In this document: one piece after another, positions 1-8,864 of the stretch
How the letters are laid out: each line of letters opens with the position of its first letter
How positions within the stretch are numbered: the stretch's first letter is position 1
Assembly: GCA_034660175.1 (NCBI GenBank)
Contig: JAYEIQ010000004.1
Span: 4,152-68,151 of the forward strand
Direction of reading: 5' to 3'
DNA length: 64,000 nt
DNA from: Patescibacteria group bacterium
Lineage (GTDB): Bacteria; Patescibacteriota; Minisyncoccia; Moranbacterales; DUUL01
Program-made: the position numbers and the translations under genes
The notes under the pieces: model-generated
Told to the model about the DNA's origin: nothing
The model's database searches: none
What the model saw: the letters and a program-made list of their open reading frames with translations, nothing else

Positions 1-97
1 CACATGAGCAGGAGGTTGCAGTTTTGACAGTAATCGAAATGATGGTTAAATAGGAAACAATTCAACAAACATTTGAAAGAGAAAAGGAGAAACGAAA

Positions 98-421
98 ATG
101 AAGAAGATCATGAAAAGTATGATGGTAGTAGTAGTTTATTTGGTGATATCTGGAGCAGTTTGCTGGGCTGGAGAGTATCAGTTTCAGGCAGGTGACAAGT
201 TTCCACAATTTCATCTTACACCAGTTGGACTTTCTATTTGGGGTAGTGCTATAGATAATGCAACGGGATTTAACAATCTAACTGTTCTAGAAGAAGACGT
301 TCCGTATGAGACAATTAAAGCTTGGTATGGGACCATGTTGGTAGCAAGGATAGCAGACAGAGTTGTTCGTATTATTTATGATGACAGTTCTGGCAAAATC
401 ACCAAGGTGATTCCATGGTAA
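98..421 (+). CDS. small secreted hypothetical protein
   Basis: 107-aa ORF with hydrophobic N-terminus (MKKIMKSMMVVVVYLVISGAVCWAG) resembling a signal peptide; AAGGAG RBS about 12 nt upstream; no recognisable family. Confidence 0.4.
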   Translation: MKKIMKSMMVVVVYLVISGAVCWAGEYQFQAGDKFPQFHLTPVGLSIWGSAIDNATGFNNLTVLEEDVPYETIKAWYGTMLVARIADRVVRIIYDDSSGKITKVIPW

Positions 422-465
422 AAGCTGTATATTAACGTTTTAAATATTTGGAGGGACAACGAGAG

Positions 466-513
466 TAGATCCCCTGACTTGGAAAAGTAACAAGCAGGGG
501 ATTTTATTTTGGC
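466..513 (+). terminator. hairpin followed by T-rich run downstream of ORF 98..421
   Basis: ATCCCCTG ... CAGGGGAT inverted repeat (8-bp stem, long loop) followed by TTTTATTTTGG. Confidence 0.35.
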
Positions 514-600
514 TGGATTTTTTTGCTTGTGAGATAGAATCAAAGTATTATTTTTAATTTGTTAGTTTCGTGAAAACAAATTAATCATAAAAAACAGAAA

Positions 601-759
601 AATGGAAAAGGTAGTGATGAAACTGAAAAAAGTTAATCGCTATAGTTATTCTTTAATTATTCCAAAAGAATTTATTGCAAAATACAGTTGGAGAGAGCGT
701 CAAAAATTTGTAATCAAGGATAAGGGAGGAGGGGCTGGAAATAAGAGATTGGAAAAATA
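601..759 (+). CDS. AbrB/MazE/SpoVT-type (swapped-hairpin) small DNA-binding protein
   Basis: 52-aa ORF (below ORF-track cutoff): MEKVVMKLKKVNRYSYSLIIPKEFIAKYSWRERQKFVIKDKGG...; pattern K-V-x-x-x-YS-l-IP-x-E-f and +E+QK-f-V-I matches the AbrB N-domain fold; paralogous to ORF 5923..6105. Confidence 0.5.
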
Positions 760-862
760 GATAGCTATCAAGTCTGGATTTTGTCATTGTTTCAATGTAT
801 ACTTATCGTATGTGACGCTGGATTGTGTCAGATGTGGTTTGTTATGATAAAAATAATAAAAA

Positions 863-1413
863 ATGAATATAAAAGGATACATCAAAGAATCAATTAAAGT
901 AAAGCAAATCATTCTTGAGAGTGAGAAGTTGATGGAGTTATTAAAATTTTGAATGGATGTTTTGTTGATTTGGGAAGATGTTGGTTACTTGGAATGGCGG
1001 AAGCATTGTTGATTCACAACACTTTGTTGCTGAGATTGTTGGCAGGTACAAGTTGGGGCGAAGGGGCTATCCAGTAATTGTTCTAACTACAGACACTTCC
1101 ATTTTGACTGCTTGGACAAATGATTATGAATACGATACTGTATTTGAGAGGCGAATTGAAGCTTTAGGAGAAGAGAAGGACGTTTTTTTGGAATTTCAAC
1201 TAGTGGTAATTCAAAAAGTATTGTTTTAGGTGTTGAAAAAGCGAAAAAAATGGAATGAGCACAGTTTATTTGTTGGGCAAAAATGAAGGTGAGCTGAAAG
1301 ATTTGGCAGATATATCGATTATTATTCCATCGAAAAACACACTAAGGATTCAAGAGGCATATATAATGATAGTTCATATTATTTGTGAAGAAATTGAAAA
1401 GAGTTTTAAATAA
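863..1413 (+). pseudogene. gmhA: phosphoheptose isomerase (GmhA/DiaA-family SIS domain) pseudogene with multiple frame disruptions
   Basis: GmhA-like segments spread over three frames: MNIKGYIKESIKVKQIILESEKLMELLKF (then TGA at 950), ...[39 protein letters not shown]...[19 protein letters not shown] (frame shift in T7 run 1183-1189), [19 protein letters not shown] (shift in A7 run 1244-1250), GMSTVYLLGKNEGELKDLADISIIIPSKNTLRIQEAYIMIVHIICEEIEKSFK; NGGSxxDSQHF, ISTSGNS and C-terminal motifs align to E. coli GmhA; N-terminal region additionally shortened. Confidence 0.65.
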
Positions 1414-1418
1414 AAAGT

Positions 1419-2936
1419 ATGAAAAAAGAAAACAGAAGATTCTTTAAAATTATTAAAAGATTTGATAAGAGAAGCATCTGTGTAATCGGGGATTTGATGC
1501 TTGATCAATTTATTTGGGGAAAAGTTAAGAGGATTTCCCCAGAAGCTCCAGTTCCGGTTGTGCTTGCGCAGAAAGAGACCTTTGTCCCTGGTGGTGCAGG
1601 TAACACTGCATTTAACATCGCATCTCTGGGAGGTAAAGTTACTTTAGTTGGTGTTGTTGGTGATGATTTATGTGGTGAACAATTGAAAAAGGAGCTTGAA
1701 AAAAGGAGAGTAAATGTTATGGGGATTGTTGTTGACAAAGGAAGACTAACCACACAAAAAACTAGAATTGTGGCAGAGAATCAGCACGTTGTGCGTGTGG
1801 ACAGGGAAAATGTTGAGAAGGTTGATGCTAAGATTTCAAAAGATATTTTTGATTTTGTCGTTAAGAACATTACGTATTTTGATTGTTTGGTTGTTTCTGA
1901 CTATGCGAAAGGGATGATTGAGAAAGAGTTGGCGCAGGGACTTATTGGACTTGCCAAAGAAAATAAAAAAATGATTGTGGGGGACATTAAACCTTGGCAC
2001 GCGTCGTTTTTTCAAAATATAGATCTCATTACTCCAAATTTAAAGGAAGCTCAAGAAATTTCAAAGAGAGATAATGTTGAGAGGATGGGGAGGGTTATTC
2101 AGTCGAAATTACATTGTAATGTTATCATCACTAAAGGCGCAGGAGGATTAAGCGTTTTTGAGGGTAAAAATATTAGTAATTTCTCAACTCAAACGAGGGA
2201 GGTCTATGATGACCCAGATGTCTATTATAAAAAAGATGACAGTCCCTTGACCAAGGCGGATTTGGCGTCAGAGAAAGTTCTTCTTGATCGTCTCAAAGAA
2301 TTTGGTGATTTTGGATTTTTGTCTGAGGAAAGTGCCGATGATAAATCAAGGTTGGACAAAGAATATACTTGGATTATCGATCCATTGGATGGAACAATGG
2401 ACTTTATTCAAAAGACAGGAGAATTTTCAGTGATGGTTGGTTTGGTGAAAGGTGGGTTGCCAGTAATGGGTGTGGTCTATCAACCATCAATTGAGAAAAT
2501 ATATTTTGCAGAGAAAAGCAAAGGGGCTTTTGTGCGAATCGGTCAGGGAGCTGAGATCAAACTACGAGTTTCGCAAGTTTCTGACTTGAAGGAGGCTCGT
2601 TTGGTGGTGAGTCGCAATCACTTGAGCAAAAGGGATAGCTCTGTTGCAATTGATATGGGATTGGGTAACTATGTTCAAGCAGGCTCGAATGGAGTGAAGA
2701 TGTGTTTTATTGCTCAGGGGAATGCAGAACTGTTTTTCAACTCATGGACAGGATTTGGTGAATGGGACAGTTGTGGTCCGGATTTGATCTTGAGAGAGTC
2801 TGGAGGAGTGGTAACTGGTATGGATGGAAAACCGCTCAAATATAACAAAGAAGTTCCAAAAAGCGATCGTGGCATTGTTGCCAGCAACGGATTGCTTCAC
2901 GATGACATAATCAACAACTTTGCAAAAAGGAAATGA
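1419..2936 (+). CDS. fusion protein: HldE domain-I-like heptose-7-phosphate kinase (pfkB family, C-terminally truncated) fused to CysQ/inositol-monophosphatase-family phosphatase
   Basis: N-terminal 300 aa align to E. coli HldE kinase domain (ISPEAPVPVV, PGGAGNTAFNIASLGG, VVSDYAKG, TPNLKEA ... TQTREVYD); C-terminal half aligns to CysQ (EVYDDPDVYYKKDDSPLTKADLASEKVLL..., WIIDPLDGT, WDSCGP); junction at shared VYD; ribokinase GAGD motif absent. Confidence 0.7.
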   Translation: MKKENRRFFKIIKRFDKRSICVIGDLMLDQFIWGKVKRISPEAPVPVVLAQKETFVPGGAGNTAFNIASLGGKVTLVGVVGDDLCGEQLKKELEKRRVNVMGIVVDKGRLTTQKTRIVAENQHVVRVDRENVEKVDAKISKDIFDFVVKNITYFDCLVVSDYAKGMIEKELAQGLIGLAKENKKMIVGDIKPWHASFFQNIDLITPNLKEAQEISKRDNVERMGRVIQSKLHCNVIITKGAGGLSVFEGKNISNFSTQTREVYDDPDVYYKKDDSPLTKADLASEKVLLDRLKEFGDFGFLSEESADDKSRLDKEYTWIIDPLDGTMDFIQKTGEFSVMVGLVKGGLPVMGVVYQPSIEKIYFAEKSKGAFVRIGQGAEIKLRVSQVSDLKEARLVVSRNHLSKRDSSVAIDMGLGNYVQAGSNGVKMCFIAQGNAELFFNSWTGFGEWDSCGPDLILRESGGVVTGMDGKPLKYNKEVPKSDRGIVASNGLLHDDIINNFAKRK

Positions 2937-4618
2937 TTAGTCCTCATGGTGGCAAATTGGTTGACAAGACTTTTGTTGGTGATGCAAGTGCTGAGACTGC
3001 TCGATTGAGAAAGATTGTGGCAACATTGAAAATTGGTCCGAATCAAATTCAAGATATTGTCAATATAGCTCAAGGGGTGTTTTCGCCCCTTGATGGTTTT
3101 TTGAGGGAGAACGAATTTCTATCTGTTTTGAATGAAATGCGTTTGAATGATGGGACGGTTTGGCCGATTCCTATTGTTTTAGATGTTCTAACGGCTGAGA
3201 AAAAAAGATTAGAACAACAAGAAAAAATTCTTTTGATTGATTCAAAAAATCAGCCAGTTGCTTTTTTGTCGAACTCTTCTTTTTTTCGTTTTGATAAAGA
3301 AGAATTTGCTTTGAAAGTTTTTGGAATCACGGATCAAAATCATCCTGGAGTCAGGGATGTTTTTGAGATGAAGGAATTTTTAATTGGAGGGAAGATTGAG
3401 TTGATTGGGCAGTTTCGAGAAAGTGTTGTCCTAAAGAGTCCTGCAGAGATTAGAAGTGAATTTTTGAAGAGGGGTTGGGAATCAATTGTTGCTTTTCAAA
3501 CTCGCAATGTTCCACACAGGGGGCATGAATTTTTACAGAAGGAGGCTTTAAAAAAAGTAGACGGATTGTTTGTCCAGCCAGTGATTGGAGAAAAGAAAAT
3601 GGATGATTTCAAAGATGAGTATATTATTGGGAGCTATGAGATTTTGATTGAAAAGCATTTTCCTGCTGGTAAGGCAATGCTTGGTGTATTGCCACTCAAA
3701 ATGCGTTATGGTGGACCAAAGGAAGCGTTGCTTCATGCAATCATTCGCAAAAATTTTGGTTGCACCCATTTCATTGTTGGTCGTGATCATGCTGGGGTGG
3801 GTGATTTCTATCATCCAACGGAAGCACAGGAAATATTTGAACAATTTGGTCCAAGCGAGCTTGGAGTTGAGATCTTGAAATTTCCAGAGGTGGTGTTCGA
3901 CAAAGAAAAAGGAAAACACTGTTTTGTTGACGAATGCTCTGAATCGAATAGGATAAGGTTCAGTGGCACAAAGTTGAGAGATTTTGTGAAAAACAAGAAA
4001 GAGCCTCCAAGACACTTGATCAGGCGTGATGTGTTCGAGTTGCTCTCGAGTAGTGATAATTCGTTAGTTGATGAAAATTACAAAATGAAAACAAGCAAAA
4101 GAGGATTTGTTCTTTGGTTCACAGGATTGTCTGGTGCAGGAAAAAGCACTGTTGCGGATTTGGTTTTTGAGCATCTGAGGGGTAATGGCACCAGAATTGA
4201 GAGGCTTGATGGTGATGTTGTCCGGGAGAATTTGGCTCAAGATCTTGGTTTTTCCAAAAAAGATCGTGACGAGAACATTCGTCGAATTGGTTTTGTAGCA
4301 GACCTGCTTTCTCGCAATGGAGTGGGAGTGATTGCTTCTTTTATTTCTCCCTACCAAAAACAGCGAGATGAGCTGCGCAAAGAAGTCGAGAATTTCATTG
4401 AAGTTTTTGTGAATGCTCCTTTGGAGATCTGTGAGGAGCGAGATCCAAAGGGAATGTATAAAAAAGCTCGAGCGGGTGAGATCAAGAACTTTACTGGAAT
4501 TTCTGATTCCTATGACTCACCAAAAGACCCAGACATTGAACTGAGAACTGACAAGGGAACACCAAGAGAGTGTGTACAGCAGGTGATAGATTATTTAGAC
4601 GAAAAAGGCTTCATTTAG
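2933..4618 (+). CDS. bifunctional sulfate adenylyltransferase (ATP sulfurylase) / adenylylsulfate kinase (PAPS synthase)
   Basis: N-domain motifs QTRNVPHRGHEFL and VGRDHAGVGDFY (ATP sulfurylase); C-domain P-loop GLSGAGKSTVA and APS kinase-like region; ATG overlaps upstream TGA (ATGA) indicating translational coupling. Confidence 0.85.
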   Translation: MISPHGGKLVDKTFVGDASAETARLRKIVATLKIGPNQIQDIVNIAQGVFSPLDGFLRENEFLSVLNEMRLNDGTVWPIPIVLDVLTAEKKRLEQQEKILLIDSKNQPVAFLSNSSFFRFDKEEFALKVFGITDQNHPGVRDVFEMKEFLIGGKIELIGQFRESVVLKSPAEIRSEFLKRGWESIVAFQTRNVPHRGHEFLQKEALKKVDGLFVQPVIGEKKMDDFKDEYIIGSYEILIEKHFPAGKAMLGVLPLKMRYGGPKEALLHAIIRKNFGCTHFIVGRDHAGVGDFYHPTEAQEIFEQFGPSELGVEILKFPEVVFDKEKGKHCFVDECSESNRIRFSGTKLRDFVKNKKEPPRHLIRRDVFELLSSSDNSLVDENYKMKTSKRGFVLWFTGLSGAGKSTVADLVFEHLRGNGTRIERLDGDVVRENLAQDLGFSKKDRDENIRRIGFVADLLSRNGVGVIASFISPYQKQRDELRKEVENFIEVFVNAPLEICEERDPKGMYKKARAGEIKNFTGISDSYDSPKDPDIELRTDKGTPRECVQQVIDYLDEKGFI

Positions 4619-4645
4619 AGTTGAATACTTGGTCTGATTTTTGGA

Positions 4646-4666
4646 CAGCCTCCAGGCTGGTTTTCG
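4646..4666 (+). terminator. putative intrinsic terminator after PAPS synthase gene
   Basis: CAGCC-TCCA-GGCTG hairpin followed by GTTTTCG. Confidence 0.35.
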
Positions 4667-4739
4667 TTAGGAATGTGATATATAATGTTTTTTATAGCAG
4701 AAAAATAGAGAAGTGAACATCAAGCAGTAAACAAGTGCC

Positions 4740-5858
4740 ATGAAGGTTTTGTTGTTAAATTATGAATTTCCACCAATTGGAGGGGGTGCAGCCACTGCCA
4801 CCCTCAATTTATTGAGGGAGTTTTCCAAAAGAAACGATGTTGAAGTGGATTTGATCACTTCATCTGTTGATAAAGAGAGGCAGGAGCAATTCAGTGAGAA
4901 TATCAAGATATATTTTTTGGACATTGAAAAAAATGGAAGATTGCACAATCAATCCAATGCTGATCTTTTGAAATATAGCTGGAAGGCTTGGAGACTTGCA
5001 AGGAAGCTGAGAAAGGAGAAAAAGTATGATCTGATCCATTCGTTTTTTGGAATTCCGTGTGGATTCGTTGCGATGTTGTTAGGGATGTCATATGTTGTGT
5101 CACTGCGAGGGTCTGATGTTCCGTTCTACAGTGAAAAATACAAATTGTTGGACACTTTGCTTTTTCAAAGATTGAGCAGAAGAATCTGGAAAAAAGCAGA
5201 TGTTGTTATTGCGAACTCTGAAGGTTTGAAAAAACTTGCGTTAAAGAGCTCACCAAAGCAAGAAATTGGTGTGATTTACAATGGGGTGGATACGGAAATT
5301 TTTGCTCCATCACAAAAAAAGCCAGAGGAGTTCACAATTATTTCAACTTCAAGACTTGAAAAACGCAAAGGGCTTGAATTTTTAGTTGAAGGGTTTGGAA
5401 AATTTAACAAACAATACAAGGACAGTAGATTGATCTTGATTGGTGGTGGTGATCAAGAGAATAAGCTTAGAAAAATATCTCATGATTTGGGTGCTGAGAG
5501 TGTAGTTGATTTTGTGGGCGTTCTTGATTTAGGCGAGCTTTCAAAGTGGTATAAGAAAGTGGATGTTTTCTCGTTGCCTTCATTCAACGAAGGCATGAGC
5601 AACTCTCTTTTGGAAGCAATTGCAAGCGGGTTGGCAATTGTTGCGACTGACACTGGAGGAACAAAAGAGTTAATAAATGATTCAAACGGTATTATTGTTG
5701 AAAAAGGTAGCAGTGAGGATGTTTTCAGGGCGTTTGAGAAACTGTACACGGACAGGCAATTGCTTGAATCAATGAAAGAGAAAAGTCGAGAAAAAGCACT
5801 TGTGATGAGTTGGATAAATATGTCAAATCAGTATTTAGAGGTATATAAAAAAGTATAG
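4740..5858 (+). CDS. GT-B glycosyltransferase, family 4-like
   Basis: 372 aa; N-terminal EFPPIGGGAATATLNL (GT4 N-domain), C-terminal FSLPSFNEGMSNSLLEAIASGLAIVATDTGGTKELI (Glycos_transf_1 E-x7-E region). Confidence 0.8.
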   Translation: MKVLLLNYEFPPIGGGAATATLNLLREFSKRNDVEVDLITSSVDKERQEQFSENIKIYFLDIEKNGRLHNQSNADLLKYSWKAWRLARKLRKEKKYDLIHSFFGIPCGFVAMLLGMSYVVSLRGSDVPFYSEKYKLLDTLLFQRLSRRIWKKADVVIANSEGLKKLALKSSPKQEIGVIYNGVDTEIFAPSQKKPEEFTIISTSRLEKRKGLEFLVEGFGKFNKQYKDSRLILIGGGDQENKLRKISHDLGAESVVDFVGVLDLGELSKWYKKVDVFSLPSFNEGMSNSLLEAIASGLAIVATDTGGTKELINDSNGIIVEKGSSEDVFRAFEKLYTDRQLLESMKEKSREKALVMSWINMSNQYLEVYKKV

Positions 5859-5896
5859 AGCTAGCTCTATACCTAGCTCTATACCCATGTTATAAT
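5854..5896 (+). promoter_or_regulatory. operator-like repeat array plus extended -10 upstream of AbrB-like ORF
   Basis: 18-bp perfect palindrome TATAGAGCTAGCTCTATA (5854-5871) followed by a direct repeat of the half-site TAGCTCTATACC (5874-5885), then TGtTATAAT extended -10 (5888-5896) 27 nt upstream of start 5923. Confidence 0.4.
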
Positions 5897-5922
5897 CATG
5901 CTGTAGAATTGAAACGAAAACT

Positions 5923-6105
5923 ATGGCTCAAACAAAAAAAGAAGAAAGAATAACAAGAAAGCTTCAAAGAGTAGGTAGGGGGAGAACTTACAGCATCACA
6001 ATTCCAATCGAAATTATTCGTTCTTTTGGTTGGAAAGAAAAACAAAAGTTGGTTTTTGAAGCAGATAAAAGAAGAAATGTGATCAAGATCAGAGATTGGG
6101 AATAG
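5923..6105 (+). CDS. AbrB/MazE/SpoVT-type small DNA-binding protein (paralog of 601..759)
   Basis: 60 aa: ...RKLQRVGRGRTYSITIPIEIIRSFGWKEKQKLVFEADKRRNVIKIR matches swapped-hairpin AbrB N-domain pattern (R+V...-IP.E+R......+..+......I.I). Confidence 0.55.
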   Translation: MAQTKKEERITRKLQRVGRGRTYSITIPIEIIRSFGWKEKQKLVFEADKRRNVIKIRDWE

Positions 6106-6142
6106 AATATTAATTAATTTGGAGAGATAACAATAAACTTCA

Positions 6143-6859
6143 ATGTTGAAGCTGATTAAAGACAACTGGGCCAAACTAGCTGATCAATTGGCGGGCAAGA
6201 AGCTTTACTGGTTCAAGAGTCCTTCTGGGATCTTACTTCTGGGTGCCACCGAAAAGATCTTAAATAAATATTGTAGAGGAAAAGTTTTGGATGTTGGAGC
6301 AGGGAGATTGGCATACAAATCATTGCTAGAGAAACATTGCGAGGAATATAAAAGCATTGATTTTAAGGCAACCAGTCCTGAACTTGATTTTGTTGGTGAC
6401 GTACAAGACATGGAAGTTTTGAATGATGATCAATTTGACACAGTTTTTTGTTCTCAGGTACTGGAACATATTCCAGAACCTCAAAAAGCAATGAACGAGA
6501 TCAGTCGAATCTTGAAACGCGGTGGAAAGGCGATAATCTCAGTTCCTTTTTTGGGGTATTTACACAATGAGCCTTATGATTTTTTTCGTTATACGAAACA
6601 TTCTTTGAGATTTATTTCTAAGAGAGCGGGATTTGAAGTTGTGGAAATAAATGAGGTTGGTGGATTGTTTTCCTTTCTCGGCTACATTTGGTCTACTTTT
6701 TTTATTGGGTTATTTGCTGGAATTCCATTTTTGGGATATATAGTATTGTTAGTAAATATTCCGCTTTCATATTTTTTTATTTTACTTGATGTTGTTACGA
6801 TGAATAAGAAACTGATGCCATTGAACTATCTTTTTATTCTTAAAAAAAGGGATGTATAA
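6143..6859 (+). CDS. class I SAM-dependent methyltransferase with C-terminal hydrophobic segment
   Basis: motif I VLDVGAGRLAYKSL, FDTVFCSQVLEHIPEPQKAMNEISRILKRGGKAII (Methyltransf_11-like); C-terminal TM-like stretch. Confidence 0.7.
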   Translation: MLKLIKDNWAKLADQLAGKKLYWFKSPSGILLLGATEKILNKYCRGKVLDVGAGRLAYKSLLEKHCEEYKSIDFKATSPELDFVGDVQDMEVLNDDQFDTVFCSQVLEHIPEPQKAMNEISRILKRGGKAIISVPFLGYLHNEPYDFFRYTKHSLRFISKRAGFEVVEINEVGGLFSFLGYIWSTFFIGLFAGIPFLGYIVLLVNIPLSYFFILLDVVTMNKKLMPLNYLFILKKRDV

Positions 6860-7961
6860 AATAGGGTTTGTTGTAAGAGCAATAAACAAGGGTGGAGGTG
6901 TAAAAATGGTTGTAAAAAATTTGCTGAAAAAAATTGATTTGTTGATGTTCACAAAGAGAGATTTGCAATTCATTGTCTATGCTGACAAGGAATATGATTT
7001 CTTGAGAGGATTGAAAAATATTAAAGTGGAAATTATTAAAAAACACAATGTGCTGCTGTGGGATAATATTTATCTGTATTGGAAACTAAAAGGAGATGGT
7101 TTGGATTGTGTTGTTTATCCCAAAAATGTTATCCCTCCTTCAAATCTCTCTTTAAAGTGCAAAAAGATGATTATTGTTCACGATTTAGCACATTTCAAAC
7201 AAGGTCTTAATGCATATAAATTTTGGGATGTTGTTTATATGAAAATGATGATAGGTGCTTCTTGTAGAAAAAGCAACCATATATTTTCAATTTCAGAGTT
7301 TACTAAAGAGAAAATAGTGAAAGAATTTAACATGAATGAAAGTAAAATCACGGTAATTCATGAGGGGGTAGAAAAAAAATTCAAAGAAATAAATAACAAA
7401 AAATTATTAAGCGAGGTGGTTGATAAGTATGGATTACAATTGCCTTTTTTTCTATATCCTGGATCAATCAGCCCGCGGAAAAATATTCTCAGAATTTTGG
7501 AGGTTTTCAATAATATCAAACATGAGATTCCTCACATGCTCTATTTTACGGGAGCGCGAGGGTGGAAAAATAAAGAGGTTTGGGAATATATAAGAGAAAA
7601 AAATTTGCAAAAAAGAGTTAAAAAAATAGGATATGTCAAGGAGAATGAACTCCCAATCTTTTATAATCTTGCAGATCTGTGTTTGTATCCAAGTCTCTAT
7701 GAGGGTTTTGGGTTGCCTATTCTTGAGGCACAGGCATGTGGGTGTCCCGTATTGACGTCCAATGTTTCAAGCTTGCCGGAAGTTGCAGGAAATGGAGCTG
7801 CTATTGTTGATCCATACTCAACGGAAGATATAAAAAAAGGTATATTGAAAATACTCAGAGACGGTAAATATCGAGAGGTGTTGGTAAAAAGTGGTATGGA
7901 GAATGTAGGAAGGTATAGCTGGAAAACATCTGCGAAGAAGATTGTTGAAAAAGCATCTTAA
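6852..7961 (+). CDS. GT-B glycosyltransferase, family 4-like
   Basis: 369 aa; C-domain motif YPSLYEGFGLPILEAQACGCPVLTSNVSSLPEVAG; start overlaps upstream gene by 8 nt. Confidence 0.8.
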   Translation: MYKIGFVVRAINKGGGVKMVVKNLLKKIDLLMFTKRDLQFIVYADKEYDFLRGLKNIKVEIIKKHNVLLWDNIYLYWKLKGDGLDCVVYPKNVIPPSNLSLKCKKMIIVHDLAHFKQGLNAYKFWDVVYMKMMIGASCRKSNHIFSISEFTKEKIVKEFNMNESKITVIHEGVEKKFKEINNKKLLSEVVDKYGLQLPFFLYPGSISPRKNILRILEVFNNIKHEIPHMLYFTGARGWKNKEVWEYIREKNLQKRVKKIGYVKENELPIFYNLADLCLYPSLYEGFGLPILEAQACGCPVLTSNVSSLPEVAGNGAAIVDPYSTEDIKKGILKILRDGKYREVLVKSGMENVGRYSWKTSAKKIVEKAS

Positions 7962-7979
7962 ATTTAGGTAAAATCTTTT

Positions 7980-8864
7980 ATGGCAGAGAGTGATTTCAAA
8001 ATTGACTTTGTTGGTGTCGGGGCGGAAAAAGCGGGTAGTTCATGGGTTGCTGCCATGCTTGATGCGCATCCTGAAATTTGTCTTTCGCAACCGAAAGAAG
8101 TGCAGTATTTTAATGAAAAATCAAGTTATACAAGGGGATTGAATGCAAACTTCAACAAGGGTTTTGGTTGGTATGAAAAGCACTTTATCCATTGCAAAAA
8201 AAACTCAATTAAAGGTGAGTTTTCCACTGCCTATTTGCCAGATAAAACTGCTCCTAAAAAAATATTTCAGAGTTTTCCGGGAGTAAAATTGATCGTCTGT
8301 TTGAGAGATCCCGTTGATAGAATGTACTCCCAGTATTGGATGTATAAGAATTATTTTCTCAAAGAAAAAAGACCTTTTAGTGAGGTCGTGAGAGAGGAGA
8401 AAGAATATACAGAAAAAAGTCTGTATTTTAAACAGATAAAAGAATATCTGAAATATTTTTCACTTGAGAATATCCTATTTATAACACTTGATGAGATAAA
8501 GGAAAATCCGAAGATATGCCACAAAGCGTTATACAAGTTCGTTGGGACAAGGAATGTGGACTTTGTTCCAGGGAAAGGTGTCTTTGGGAGAAAAAATAAG
8601 GCGAAGAGAGTTAGATTTAGGTCTGGGCTTGTTCTAATTAACAGATTATCAAAGATATTCATATTTTTAGGTTTCTCTCGAGTTTTGAAAGTTCTTGTTA
8701 AGTACGGGTTCAAGGACTTTTGTTTGAGAATAATTTCGGATGAAAGTAGATATCCTCCAATAGACAAAGGATTGAGAAGCGAGTTGATTAAAAAATTTAT
8801 TTCTGATATTGACGATTTTGAGAGACTGACGGGAAAGAACTTAAGTTCATGGAAAAAAACATGA
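7980..8864 (+). CDS. sulfotransferase-family protein (PAPS-dependent, Sulfotransfer_3-like)
   Basis: N-terminal 5'-phosphosulfate-binding-like loop GVGAEKAGSSWVAAML (cf. PKSGTTW) and 3'-phosphate-binding-like RDPVDRMYSQYW; size and layout typical of bacterial sulfotransferases; co-located with PAPS synthase. Confidence 0.6.
   Translation: MAESDFKIDFVGVGAEKAGSSWVAAMLDAHPEICLSQPKEVQYFNEKSSYTRGLNANFNKGFGWYEKHFIHCKKNSIKGEFSTAYLPDKTAPKKIFQSFPGVKLIVCLRDPVDRMYSQYWMYKNYFLKEKRPFSEVVREEKEYTEKSLYFKQIKEYLKYFSLENILFITLDEIKENPKICHKALYKFVGTRNVDFVPGKGVFGRKNKAKRVRFRSGLVLINRLSKIFIFLGFSRVLKVLVKYGFKDFCLRIISDESRYPPIDKGLRSELIKKFISDIDDFERLTGKNLSSWKKT

Noticed and set aside
1505-4357. Antisense and embedded ORFs (e.g. 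1505..1753 -, 3548..4015 -, 3648..3878 +, 4064..4357 -) inside the kinase/CysQ and Sat/CysC genes
   Set aside because: They lie entirely within strongly supported coding regions on the opposite strand or in an alternate frame, with low-complexity translations. The same applies to 21178..21602 +, 22239..23104 and 51050..51796 -, among others.
5860-5885. Short tandem direct repeat TAGCTCTATACC x2, considered as a CRISPR-like or mobile-element terminal repeat
   Set aside because: Only two units, contiguous with a palindrome, no spacers and no cas genes. Position upstream of an AbrB-like gene fits an operator better.
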